Part shown: in pieces, positions 45,011-57,000 of the stretch | Layout: every line of letters begins with the position of its first letter | How positions within the stretch are numbered: position 1 is the first letter of the stretch | DNA from: Gallionellaceae bacterium | GTDB lineage: Bacteria; Pseudomonadota; Gammaproteobacteria; Burkholderiales; Gallionellaceae | DNA length: 64,000 bases | Direction: 5' to 3' | Assembly: GCA_008080515.1 (NCBI GenBank) | Contig: VIKH01000002.1 | Coordinates: forward strand, 57-64,056 | The notes under the pieces: generated by a model | Seen by the model: only the letters and a program-made list of their open reading frames with translations | Told to the model about the DNA's origin: nothing | The model's database searches: none | Position numbers and translations under genes: made by a program

Positions 45011-45841
45011 TCAGCGGGCCGGTTCTGGTGCGGGCCGAGCCGGAATAGCGGCAAGCGCCGATACCAGCTCGCGCGCCGCGCGCAGTTTTCCGGCTGTGTT
45101 CAGGTGGCCGCCGTCATCGGTGTAGGCGGCAGCCATCGCCGGCGAGGCGGTACCTTCCCAATCCACGGTTACCGTCGTTCCGTCCGGTGCGGTGGATTCG
45201 ATCCGCGCCAGATCGAAAATCGGCTCTTTCCCCTGATACGCCTGGCGCATCAATGCGTTAAACTCCTCGCGGCGGCGGTTTTCGGCAACACCGTAGGGCA
45301 CGCGCCCGAGCAATTTTTTCAGCCCTGCTTTAAGCCCGCCCTGTGCGATGGTGAGCGGAGCGGTCACATGCATGAGAGTCGTGCCGGGATGTTTTGCGTG
45401 GAGGGCATCCATCGTGGCACGGTAGCGGGCAAACAGCGCTTTTGCGTCGGTGTCGGCAGAAATGTCCACGTAGCAGAACTTGACCAGCGCGATATCCAGT
45501 CCGGCGGGCTGCTGCCCCATGGCCTGCTCGAAGCTCTGGAGTTTCAGGAGGGGATCACCATTTTTTGCAACCGCAGTATGCCCGAACGTTGCGGGTGGCA
45601 CCTCGCCCGCGGTCGGCGCTTCTGTCACGCGAATCGACACACCCGCTTTTTCCGCAAGCTGTTTGACCCCGTCGAGCAGGTTGCTCCCAACCGATTGGTG
45701 GCCGAAGTAGATGCGTCGTTGCGCGACCCGATCAAGCTCCGCGCGCAGGTTCGCATCCGCATCGGCAGCTTGAACGTTGGTGGAGCCGATAGCTGCCGTC
45801 AGCACGAGCAAGGTATTTGTCATGAATTTTGTTCCAAACAT
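45011..45841 (-). CDS. Secreted protein, possibly SGNH-type hydrolase
   Basis: Signal peptide (LLVLTAAIGSTNVQA). IYFGHQSVG near the N-terminus and DDGGHLN near the C-terminus resemble SGNH blocks I and V. Weak call. Confidence 0.4.
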   Translation of the reverse strand: MFGTKFMTNTLLVLTAAIGSTNVQAADADANLRAELDRVAQRRIYFGHQSVGSNLLDGVKQLAEKAGVSIRVTEAPTAGEVPPATFGHTAVAKNGDPLLKLQSFEQAMGQQPAGLDIALVKFCYVDISADTDAKALFARYRATMDALHAKHPGTTLMHVTAPLTIAQGGLKAGLKKLLGRVPYGVAENRRREEFNALMRQAYQGKEPIFDLARIESTAPDGTTVTVDWEGTASPAMAAAYTDDGGHLNTAGKLRAARELVSALAAIPARPAPEPAR

Positions 45842-45903
45842 GGCGGTTCCTCCATCAACAAGCTCCCCACTGCGGAATGCCGTGATGCTTTACCCCGCCG
45901 GAT

Positions 45904-46152
45904 TCAGGCCGGGTTTTTCTTGCGCGAAACGAAATTGGCTATCCGCTCGATGGAGTCAAGATTTTCCGGCAGCATCTCGCTGTAGTCAACTTTGATGCCG
46001 AAAGTTTCCTCGATAAAAAAAATAACCTCGAGCATGCCGGTCGAGTCAACCGTGCCGCTGTCAAGCAGAGACGTGCCATCTGCCAACATGGCCGGATTTG
46101 CCACATAAAAGTTTGTGGTTATAAAAGCGCGAATCTGTTCTTTTAATTCCAT
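45904..46152 (-). CDS. Acyl carrier protein
   Basis: 82 aa; LDSGTVDSTGMLEVIFFIEETFGI carries the phosphopantetheine-serine motif (DS-x-G/L). Confidence 0.85.
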   Translation of the reverse strand: MELKEQIRAFITTNFYVANPAMLADGTSLLDSGTVDSTGMLEVIFFIEETFGIKVDYSEMLPENLDSIERIANFVSRKKNPA

Positions 46153-46243
46153 TCAGTTATCCCCGATTCCTTATAATTAGGGTCTGGATTTTAACCTATT
46201 CGGGGTATCCGTGTTAACTGGATGCCCACCGTAAGGAGCTTCG

Positions 46244-47816
<1,573 letters not shown>

Positions 47817-47833
<17 letters not shown>

Positions 47834-49826
47834 TCTTGTCTATGTCGGTTCTGGGTTTGACGCCGCCGCTCCCACCAGGGCAACTCGCGATGAATTGCCG
47901 GTAAAGAAGCTGGGTGGACAGCGCCCCCACCAAAGCCATATTGTCGGCGTTCGAGAGTTGGCCGTCCCGCCCCCGCGTGCGGCATTTGCGCAGAAGCTGG
48001 GCGATGGCCTGCGGCTCGAACACGTTGGCTTCGCGCAGCGCGGATTCGGAAAGCGCTTCGCCGATATAGTCCGGCGCATCCTCCGCGATGAATGAAAGCG
48101 CATCCGGCGCGCGGTAGGGCTGTTTTTTCCGCTCCAGGATTTCGCGCGGCACCACACCTTCCGCCGCGCGCTTTACGACGTGCTTCTCGTCCAGCACACG
48201 CAGTTTGTAAGCCGGGGGCAGCGAGTCGGCAAGCGCGATGACGTTCTGGTCGAGAAAGGGGAAACGCCCTTCCACGGAGTGGGCCATCAGCATCCGGTCG
48301 CCTTGCGAGGAAAGCAGATAACCTGACAGGAGAGTGCGGATTTCGATGTGTTGATCCTGCGCCAGCGGGCTCCAGCGCGCGAAGTCGGCGGGCAGTGCGG
48401 CGAGAAATTCGGCGACGGTGTCGCGCCCCGCAACCGCCGCCTGCATGTCCCCGGACAGCAATCGTTTGAGCGCGCCGGTGGTGTGCCAGCGGGTATCGTG
48501 CGCGAAACCGGGCGTTTGGTAACCCGCGAGGTTGCGCCCGAAAAATTGCCGCGACATGGCCTGCTGAGCGACCGGCGAGCGTGCGAGATAGGGATAAAGC
48601 CGCTCCAGCAGCCTCGGGCGCCATGCGGATTGCGGCTGGTGCCCCCAGAAGCGGCGCACTTTGCCTTCGCGAAAAATATCGTAGCCGGCGAACATTTCGT
48701 CCGCGCCCTCGCCGGTAAGTACAACCTTGACGCCAGCATCACGAACAAGCTTGGAGAGCAGGAAAAGCGGTGCCGGAGCGGTTCTCAATATGGGGCGCTC
48801 GGCGTGGTAAATCACTTCCGGAAATACCTTGGCGATATCGCCGCGCGATACGACCACCTCGTGATGCTCGCTACCTAGCACGTTCACCATTAAGCGCTGG
48901 TATTCTGTCTCGTCGTATTCGGCGTCATCGAACCGCAGCGAGAAAGTGTGGAAACGATCACCGGCAAAACGCCGCCCGAGGGCGGCGACAAGGGAGCTGT
49001 CCAGCCCGCCGGAAAGATAGCTGCCGACCGGCACGTCGGCGCGTAACATGCAGAGCGAGGCAGCATCATCGAGCGCCTTGCGCACCGCGACCACCGCATC
49101 TTCGAGCGTTCCCGGAAACCGGCTGCCCGGATCGCCCGGCACAGGATAGCGTGGTGTCCAATAGGCACGCTCGCGCACCGTGCCGTTCTCGTAAACCCGG
49201 ATATGGCCTGGCTCCAGTTCGCTCACGCCACGGAACACGCCCTGCGGTGGTGCTACGGTCCAGAAGGTGAAAGTCTGGGCGATGCCTGCCGGATCAAAAG
49301 CTCTCGGAATCGCGGCATTTGACGCGAAGATAGCTTTGACTTCGCTGGCAAAATAGAGATTGCCGCCGTGCTCGCAAAGATGGAGCGGGCAGATGCCGGC
49401 ACGGTCGCGGCACAGCACCAGACGCTTGGCTGCCGAATCCCACAAGGCCACGGCCCATTGCCCGTTCATGCGCTCGAAGGCGGCTTCGCCCCAGGCGCGG
49501 TAGGCGTGAAGGATTACCTCGGTGTCGCTCTGGGTGCGGAACGGGTGGCCGAGCCCGGCCAGTTCCCGGCGCAGTTCCACATAGTTGAATATCTCGCCGT
49601 TAAACGCGATCCAGGTTGTGCCGTTCTCATCCGCCATCGGCTGCTGGCCGGTAGCGAGATCAATGATGGATAAGCGCGCGTGTGCGAGCCCCGCGTGATC
49701 GTCCCGATAGACGCCGAATTCGTCCGGGCCGCGATGGGTGAGCGCGCCGGCCATGCGCAACAACGCTGCCTTGCCCGGCGAATGCGCACCATCGCTGAGG
49801 CGCACTATCCCGGCGATGCCGCACAT
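47817..49826 (-). CDS. Glutamine-hydrolysing asparagine synthase-type amidotransferase (AsnB family)
   Basis: 669 aa; N-terminal nucleophile MCGIAG and PP-loop SGGLDSS. Confidence 0.95.
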
Positions 49827-49829
49827 GGG

Positions 49830-50807
49830 CTATTGATCTTCCGGGATCGGAGCAACGAGAAGAGGGGGCATGTGGAGGTAGCGGGCAGCGCGCCGCTTGG
49901 CTTCGATATCCTTGAAGACGCGCTCTACTTGAGTTGCGGTGATGCCGACCACCGGCGCCACCTCTGCCGCCGGAACGCCGTGGTTGTGGGCGTATAGACA
50001 GAGATCCATGCGGTCGTAGGGCAGCGCAAAATAAAATTCCTCCTGCGTCTGCGGCATCGAGAAGGTGTCGGTGGTGGGTGGGCGGCGGCGGATTTCTTCC
50101 GGCACGCCCAGATATTCGGCGAGCTGGTAGATCTGGGTTTTGTACAGGTGGGCGATGGGTTTGAAATCGGCGCTGCCGTCGCCCTGCTTGACGAAAAAAC
50201 CCTGATCGTATTCGAGCCGGTTCGGCGTACCGGCCACGGCGTAATTCAGGCGGTCGGCGTGGTAATACTCGGTCATCTTGCGCGCACGCTGCTTGTAGTT
50301 GGTCGCGGCGACGATCTGCATGTAGGCGCCGGGTGTGAGCCGCACCGTGGACATCTCCCCCTTGGGGTTCTGCACGGTGAGCTGGGTGATGTTGATGCGG
50401 TCGCTCTCGAGAATGGAGGGCAGCACCAGCTTGCATTTCCAGCCTTCGCCGTATTCCGGAACAACCGCGCGGATGGCCTCGAGCTGGTGGCGATAGCAGC
50501 CGAGCCCTTCGAGAGCGGGCGCAATGTTCTCGACGATGGCTTCGATGCCGAAGCGCACGGCGAGCATCCGGCCCAGCATGAGCGAGTCGTCGGAAGAGTG
50601 CTGTTCCGGCATAAACAGGCCCAGCACCTTGTCTTTGCCGAAGGCGCGCACGCATAGCGCCGCCACCACCGAGCTATCTATGCCGCCGGAAATTCCGACT
50701 ACTGCACCGCGGCGGCGCAGCTGGCCGAGCACCTGCTCGCGCAGGGTTGCTGTGATGCGCTCCTCCTCGGCAGGGGCATCCAGTTTGAGTACGTTTTTGT
50801 CGAACAT
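49830..50807 (-). CDS. NAD+ synthetase-like PP-loop ATP pyrophosphatase (NadE family)
   Basis: GISGGIDSSVVAALC PP-loop. Start set to MFDKNVL (50805-50807), preceded by AGAGGA. Stop lies 3 nt before the asnB-like start. Confidence 0.8.
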   Translation of the reverse strand: MFDKNVLKLDAPAEEERITATLREQVLGQLRRRGAVVGISGGIDSSVVAALCVRAFGKDKVLGLFMPEQHSSDDSLMLGRMLAVRFGIEAIVENIAPALEGLGCYRHQLEAIRAVVPEYGEGWKCKLVLPSILESDRINITQLTVQNPKGEMSTVRLTPGAYMQIVAATNYKQRARKMTEYYHADRLNYAVAGTPNRLEYDQGFFVKQGDGSADFKPIAHLYKTQIYQLAEYLGVPEEIRRRPPTTDTFSMPQTQEEFYFALPYDRMDLCLYAHNHGVPAAEVAPVVGITATQVERVFKDIEAKRRAARYLHMPPLLVAPIPEDQ

Positions 50808-51462
50808 GCCATCCTCTTGTAGCCGCTGCCGGTTGTGCTGGCAGCGGTCGGTTATCCGGTTCAACCATCCCGGAAAAGTTGCCGCGCAAGGCGGCGAAGC
50901 TCCTGAAAGCCGCAGTAAAACAGCGGCGCATGTTACCCGCGTTTGCCTGGTTCAGGCAAGAATCTGTGGGGGGAGAAACATAATCTCGCCGCCGGAAATG
51001 GCCGGGTTCCTCATCATCGGCAGCGGCATTTTTCATGCCTGTTCGAGCCGCTCATCCCGGGTGTTTCACCGTTCATCCGGCAACTCTCCCGTCGCCCTAA
51101 ATGTTCTCCAAGTTTCCCCGATAACCGGCTTGGACAGCGATCTCCGCATCCGGGAAAGGCGGGCCGGAATTAAAGGAATACCGGGCGTTGCCTGCAAGGC
51201 AAAGATGCGCTGCTCCGGTAGCTCGGTTGGAGACATGTTGATGTGGTGTGTACGTCGCCACAGCAACATGCTGAACGAGGGCATGTAAGTCGCGCTTCCG
51301 CCAGCTTCTCCGGCATACCGCCGGTCTCTGCGAGCCGCCCGTTTGTCCGAGTACGCGCCGCCAGAGATGGAATGGCCGCCATGTATCCGATTGCGCTGGA
51401 AATGAGTATCCGTGTTGTCAATACTATCGCTCACATAGCCCCGTTACGGAGGTGAACCAATC

Positions 51463-51901
51463 ATGAAGTCTGCCTGCACCCATCGGAAAAGCTCCGGTTT
51501 CACCGGGATCGAACTGCTGGTCACGCTGGTAATCGCCGCCATTCTGGCGGCGCTGGCCGTGCCGTCGTTCAGCAGCCTTGTCAACGACACGCGCTTGTCT
51601 TCCACGATGGCGCGGCTTGCCGCAGACCTGAACCGCGCGCGCAGCGAGGCCATCAAGCGCAATATGCGTGTGCTGGTTTGCGTGCGCGACGCTGCCGGTA
51701 CCAATTGCGGTGCCGGAACGGACTGGAGCAACGGCTGGCTGGTTTGCTATGACGGCAACCAGGGCGAACCTGGTCCGCTTCAATCCAAGTGGCACTCAGG
51801 GCGCGGGCGGCGCGGCAACATTGACGCTAAATGGTACGTGGGCCGGGGCGCAGACAAAAATGGCGAGCATCGCGGCAACCGGCAATATCTCCAGGCAATA
51901 G
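51463..51901 (+). pseudogene. fimT: FimT/GspH-type minor pilin, frameshifted
   Basis: Class III signal GFTGIELLVTLVIAAILAALAVPSF. After ...GWLVCYDGNQG the frame turns to R/G-rich text, while frame +1 (ORF 51668..51901) gives NLVRFNPSGTQGAGGAATLTLNG...ASIAATGNISRQ, a typical FimT C-terminus. An extra base lies near 51766. Confidence 0.7.
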
Positions 51902-51910
51902 GAGAATAAA

Positions 51911-52417
51911 GTGTGCAAGAAACCAATTTCTTTCGGCTCGTGCGTGCTCCAGCGGGGGTTTTCCATGCTGGAAATACTGATCACGCTGGTCATCGTTGCC
52001 ATCGCGCTGCTGGGAACCGCCGGTTTGCAGGTGTACGCCATGCGCATGGGCCACGGCGGGCAACTGCGTACCCAGGCGGTTTTTCTGGCTTCCGACATCG
52101 CCGAACGCATGGAAGCGAACAAGGTTGCGGCAGTGGCCGGGAATTATGCGGTTGCCGCCGCCAGTTCGCCCAGCGCCGCAGCCGCCGATTGCGGCGCTGT
52201 TCCATGCAGCGGTGCCGCGCTGGCCGGCTACGACATCAGCCAGTGGGAAAACAGCATCGCCAATCTGCTGCCGCAAGCGAGATGGCAGGTAACGCAGCTT
52301 GCCGCCGGCAATCCAAGCACCTACAGCATTTTCATCCAGTGGACGGACAGGAGCGCGGACAAAACCAGCCGCGGCGAGACGTTTTCCTATACCGCAACAA
52401 GAACCGTGAGCAATTGA
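51911..52417 (+). CDS. pilV: Type IV pilus minor pilin PilV
   Basis: QRGFSMLEILITLVIVAIALLGTAGLQ prepilin N-terminus. Position after fimT. Confidence 0.85.
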   Translation: MCKKPISFGSCVLQRGFSMLEILITLVIVAIALLGTAGLQVYAMRMGHGGQLRTQAVFLASDIAERMEANKVAAVAGNYAVAAASSPSAAAADCGAVPCSGAALAGYDISQWENSIANLLPQARWQVTQLAAGNPSTYSIFIQWTDRSADKTSRGETFSYTATRTVSN

Positions 52418-52421
52418 CATC

Positions 52422-53474
52422 ATGGCTGCCAGAGAGCAAAAGACGGAAGACAGATGGCGGAAGGCGGGGATGTTGTCGCAGCCTTGCCGCGTGTTTATGC
52501 AACATGCGCCTCGCGGCGGCGGGCAGCAATCCGTTTTCTGTTCCAGGTCGGTCGAGCGCGGGTTCAGCCTGATTGAGATGATGATCTCAGTCACCATCGG
52601 GCTGATGATCGTAGCCGCGCTGGTCGGCGTGCTCGCCGGCAATTCGCGCAGCACCAAATCCAACGACCGCACTTCCGAGCTGCAAAGCAACGGTCGCTAC
52701 GCGCTGGATCACCTCAAGCGCGAGCTGCGCCATGCGGGCTATCGCGGCTATACTTGGGCGGAGCCGAACGCGCCGACGCAGGCGATCGCGGTCGGCAACG
52801 AGTGCCTCGGCGCAGGTGCCGCCGCCGATACCTTTGTGCAAAATATCCGCCAAGGTATCTGGGGGGCAAACGACGGCAATCCCTATTCCGCCAGCTGCCT
52901 GCCTGCCGCCCAGTATCTGCGCGGTGATGTGCTGGTGATCCGGCGCGCGGACAGCGCCACGGTCGCCGCCTTGTCGGCCAACACCCTGTATCTGCGCTCC
53001 ACCTATTCTGCGGGCGAGGTGTTCCAGGGCGCCGTGGCGCCGACTATCACAGGTGCGCCACTCGCCGATTTTGCCCTGAAGGAATACGTCTATTACGTCG
53101 GCAGCGATGACAGCAACGCGGCGCTTCCCGCGTTGCGCAGGGTTTCCTTGCAGGACAACGCCATGGTTGACGAAATGGTGGTGAGCGGCGTCGAGCATAT
53201 ACAGGTGCAATACGGGCGGCTCGACACCGCATCGAACACGCAATATGCCAACGCGAACAGCATTTCCGGCACATCTACGGATTCTCCCGCGACGTTGTCC
53301 AGTTATGCCTGGGACGAGGTTAATTCGGCGCGCATCTGGTTGCTGGCGCGCACCGCCCAGCCGGAGCCCGGTTACGCCAACACCAGCACCTATACGATGG
53401 GCGATGTGGCGTACCCGGTAAACGACAGCTTCCGCCGCCAGCTTTTCACGGCGGTGGTGCAACTGCGCAATTGA
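52422..53474 (+). CDS. pilW: Type IV pilus minor pilin PilW
   Basis: ERGFSLIEMMISVTIGLMIVAALVGVL...TSELQSNGRYALDHLKRELRHAGY. The true start is probably an internal Met (52470 or 52497). Confidence 0.85.
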   Translation: MAAREQKTEDRWRKAGMLSQPCRVFMQHAPRGGGQQSVFCSRSVERGFSLIEMMISVTIGLMIVAALVGVLAGNSRSTKSNDRTSELQSNGRYALDHLKRELRHAGYRGYTWAEPNAPTQAIAVGNECLGAGAAADTFVQNIRQGIWGANDGNPYSASCLPAAQYLRGDVLVIRRADSATVAALSANTLYLRSTYSAGEVFQGAVAPTITGAPLADFALKEYVYYVGSDDSNAALPALRRVSLQDNAMVDEMVVSGVEHIQVQYGRLDTASNTQYANANSISGTSTDSPATLSSYAWDEVNSARIWLLARTAQPEPGYANTSTYTMGDVAYPVNDSFRRQLFTAVVQLRN

Positions 53475-54043
53475 GGGTGATGGCCATGGCGCACTTTTCC
53501 GGTTCACGCGGGCAAACCGGCTCTACCCTGGTTATCAGCCTGGCCATCCTGATCATCCTGATGCTGCTGGGCGTCACCTCCATGACGACCTCGAACACCC
53601 AATACAAGCTGGCGGGAAATCTGCAATTCGAAGACTCGGCCATGAACAATGCCGAAGCCGCCGCCAGCGCTGCGGAAACGGCGCTGGCAAACGGCGCCGT
53701 CGCTCTTCTCGACCCCGGTTTTACCACGGTATATGTGAGCGCCAATGGGCCGGTCACTCCCGGCCTGTATCCGGCCAGCTCCGGCATAGACCCGCTTTCA
53801 TTGGATTGGACGGGTAATGGCGGCAACGGCAACGGTTACTCCGTGCAAGTGGCGGGGGGACAGAGCTACATTATCGAGCTGATGTCCCGTAACAGCCGCT
53901 TGCTAGGTTCAAGCCAAACAATCAGCGACCGATCAAGTTCCGGTTGCAACCAGGTGAACACCTACCGCATCACCGGGCGCGGCACCAGCGCGCGCGGCGC
54001 TTCGAAGCATGTCCAGTCTTTCTACAGCGTTTTGAGCTGTTAA
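53471..54043 (+). CDS. pilX: Type IV pilus minor pilin PilX
   Basis: SRGQTGSTLVISLAILIILMLLGVTSM (no Glu5, as is usual for PilX), then NAEAAASAAE. Overlaps the pilW stop by 4 nt. Confidence 0.8.
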   Translation: MRVMAMAHFSGSRGQTGSTLVISLAILIILMLLGVTSMTTSNTQYKLAGNLQFEDSAMNNAEAAASAAETALANGAVALLDPGFTTVYVSANGPVTPGLYPASSGIDPLSLDWTGNGGNGNGYSVQVAGGQSYIIELMSRNSRLLGSSQTISDRSSSGCNQVNTYRITGRGTSARGASKHVQSFYSVLSC

Positions 54044-54060
54044 CTAAAAGGGGATTTATC

Positions 54061-57000
54061 ATGCCCAACTTTCTGCTGAAGCCGCAAAAACTCCAAGCAC
54101 TCTGTACGGTTGCCTTTCTCGGCATCGCTGTTGCCGCGACCGGTTCGGCGCTGGCCGTCACCGCGTTCGCTCCCGCAAACCAGCCGGTAGGATACGTTTC
54201 GCAGGATGAAGCCACCAATTACAACCTGACTGCTGGCAACGAAACCTTATTCCGCACCGAATACAAGAGGGACTACTGGGGCGGCAACCTGTTCGCTTAT
54301 CCAGTGGATGCGGCCGGGAACGTGCAGGCCGGCGCGGATCGCTGGGGCAATGGCGCGAAAGATCATATTGACGCGCAAAACTGGGACACCGGGCGCTTGA
54401 TCGCCACCATGAAAGACGACGGAACCAGAGTGGCGTTCCGCCCCGCCAGTCTGTCTGTTACACAGCAGGCTTCGCTGGCCGCCACCACCAACGGCACCGC
54501 ATACACCGGCGCGGACATCGTAAATTTCCTGCGCGGCGACCGCAGCAATGAAGGCTCCACCTCGCTGCGCCAGCGCTCCACCGTGCTCGGGGACATCATC
54601 CACTCGCGCCCTTACTTTGTGAATGACGAGGATAACCCTACCATTTTTGTTGGCTCCAATGATGGCATGTTGCACGCCATAAATGCGACAGGCGCTGCGC
54701 CAGCGCCAAGCGCGGCGGAGTCGTGCAGCACATCCTCAATAGTGAGCACGAGCACATCGTGCAGCGGGGTTAGCACGACGACCAGCACGCCGATAACAAC
54801 GTGCAGCAAACCCTTGTCGTCTTGTGCGAGCTGCGGCAGCGAACACTGGTCTTATGTGCCATCAATGCTGATCGGCAAGCTCAAATCTTTGGCATATAGC
54901 CCGGCTGACGCCGCGCTGCCGTTTGCCCATGACTATTTTGTGGATGGCCAAATAAGCATCGGCAACATCACTATTTCCGGTGCTAGCCATCGCGTGCTGA
55001 TAGGCGGCTTGGGCTCTGGCGGCAAGGGGTTGTACGCTTTGGATATTACGGGTAGCGCAGGTTTAACCGCCGCCAGCGAAGCGGAAGTGGCCAATAAAAT
55101 TCTTTGGGAAATTACCCCGACCGCCGTGAATTACGCCACCCCGACGGCACACACCTCAGCAGCGACGACGGTGGCGAGCGCGGCCGCCTACAGCAAGCTC
55201 GGTTATACCTATGGTAAGCCCACAATCACTAGGATCAACTATGGCGGGACTGCTATGGATGTTGTCATCATCGGCAACGGTTACGACGATACTGCGGCAG
55301 GCGAAAGCTACCTGTATGTCATCAACGCGGCAACAGGCGCCCTGATCAGAGCCATTCAGGCAGGGGCCTCCGGTGCCGCCAACCCCAACGGCTTATCTAG
55401 CCCAGCCGTTCTCGATACCAATGGTGACGGGTATGCGGATCGCGTTTATGCCGGCGACTTGAATGGCACCCTGTGGAAATTCGACCTTTCCAGCACGAAT
55501 GTTTCTTCTTGGAGCGTCAGCGCGCTGTTGGTTACTTCACCGGCGCAAGCGATCACTACCACTCCAGGTGTCGGCGCACATCCAAATGGAGGCTACATGG
55601 TCAGCTTCGGTACCGGTAAGGTGTTTGCAGGAGCCTACGGCACATACGATCACGCGGCTTCGACCTGGACGAGTGCTTCTACCGGGGATTTGGGCGACAG
55701 TGCGGTCCATTATGTTTATGGCGTATGGGACGGCGCACCGGCCAGCAATGCCGGGGTGTTGTGGCAAACTATCACCGAACGCGCTTATACGATAAACATT
55801 ACCGTTACCACTTGTAGCGCCACTGGCGAAACCATTCAAACCAGCGTCCCTTCTGCTGCCACAAGGGTTCGCCGCAGCACGGCCAATGCCCCTAATTGGG
55901 CCAGCGGTGGCACCAAGTACTGGAAGGTCGCCTTGCCGCCCGGCGAGCGGGTGATCGGCGAAGGCAGCTTCACCGAAAACGGGCGCTTCTATTTCATCGG
56001 CTACAACCCGACTGTGGCCCCATACCAGGTTTCCGGCACCAACACCGATATTTTCGGAGAGAACTGGCTGATGGAGCTCAACTACCTGACTGGCGGCAGC
56101 AGCACCACGCCGTTTCTCGACATGGACAGCAACCTGCTGCTCAACGATTCCGACCGCATCGCCTATATCGCGTCCGACACCAAACCGGCAGGGAAAGTTG
56201 ACGGCGACCGCATCGTCGCCGGAAACGATGCGTTCGGAAACGTGGTGAGCCGCAACGAAGACGGCATCCCGGTCGGCAAGTGGATATCCAGCGGCACGCA
56301 ATCGCAGCCGATCCTGGTGCAGCTCCAGACGCTCAATACCACCCTGTTCAACCAGAACCCGGACGTGATCTTTCCGCCCACCACCACCGTATCCAGAGGG
56401 GTGGCGGGAGGCCACTTCGACGTGGACAATTTTTACGGGGCCACCAACAACTGCACCAACGTGGCGGGCGCCGGGAGCAAGGCTGCGGGCGGCAGGATAG
56501 ACTTTACCTACAGCGGCAACAAAACTGTTTCCAGCTTCAGCATCACGATCAACGGCACCAACATTCTGACCGCCAACAACCCGGGCAGCCAGAGCAGATC
56601 CAACCTGGAAAGCTGGGTGGCGGCAAACAGCAGTTCCGCAGACTACGACATAACGGTAAGCAGCAACAGGATCAACATCCGCGCAAAAAATGTCGGTTCC
56701 GCCTTTAACGCAAGCACCGCCAACATGGTAGTTTCCGGCACCGGCATCGCATCCGGCGATTATTCCAAAACAGCCCTCAGCGGCGGCGCCAATGAAACGC
56801 CCCCAATCTACTCGTCTTCAAGCACGGTTTGCACCTATGTGCGCCACGAGCACGAATACGACGACAAATACGACAAGACCGGGGTCAACATGCTCAACGC
56901 GAGCCAGTCGGCCTACAACCTCTCCAACGCCATTCCGAGCGCTTCCACGAACTTCAAGGTGCTGATGATGAACCAGTACCTGAGCCCGGCGGTGAGCCTG

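Noticed and set aside
50865-51462. 600-bp gap between nadE-like and fimT as a site for a tRNA/ncRNA or sigma54 promoter
   Set aside because: Scanning by eye found no cloverleaf-like arms and no TGGCAC-N5-TTGC with correct spacing, only a short hairpin (CCGCTGCC/GGCAGCGG) near 50.83 kb. Nothing supportable.
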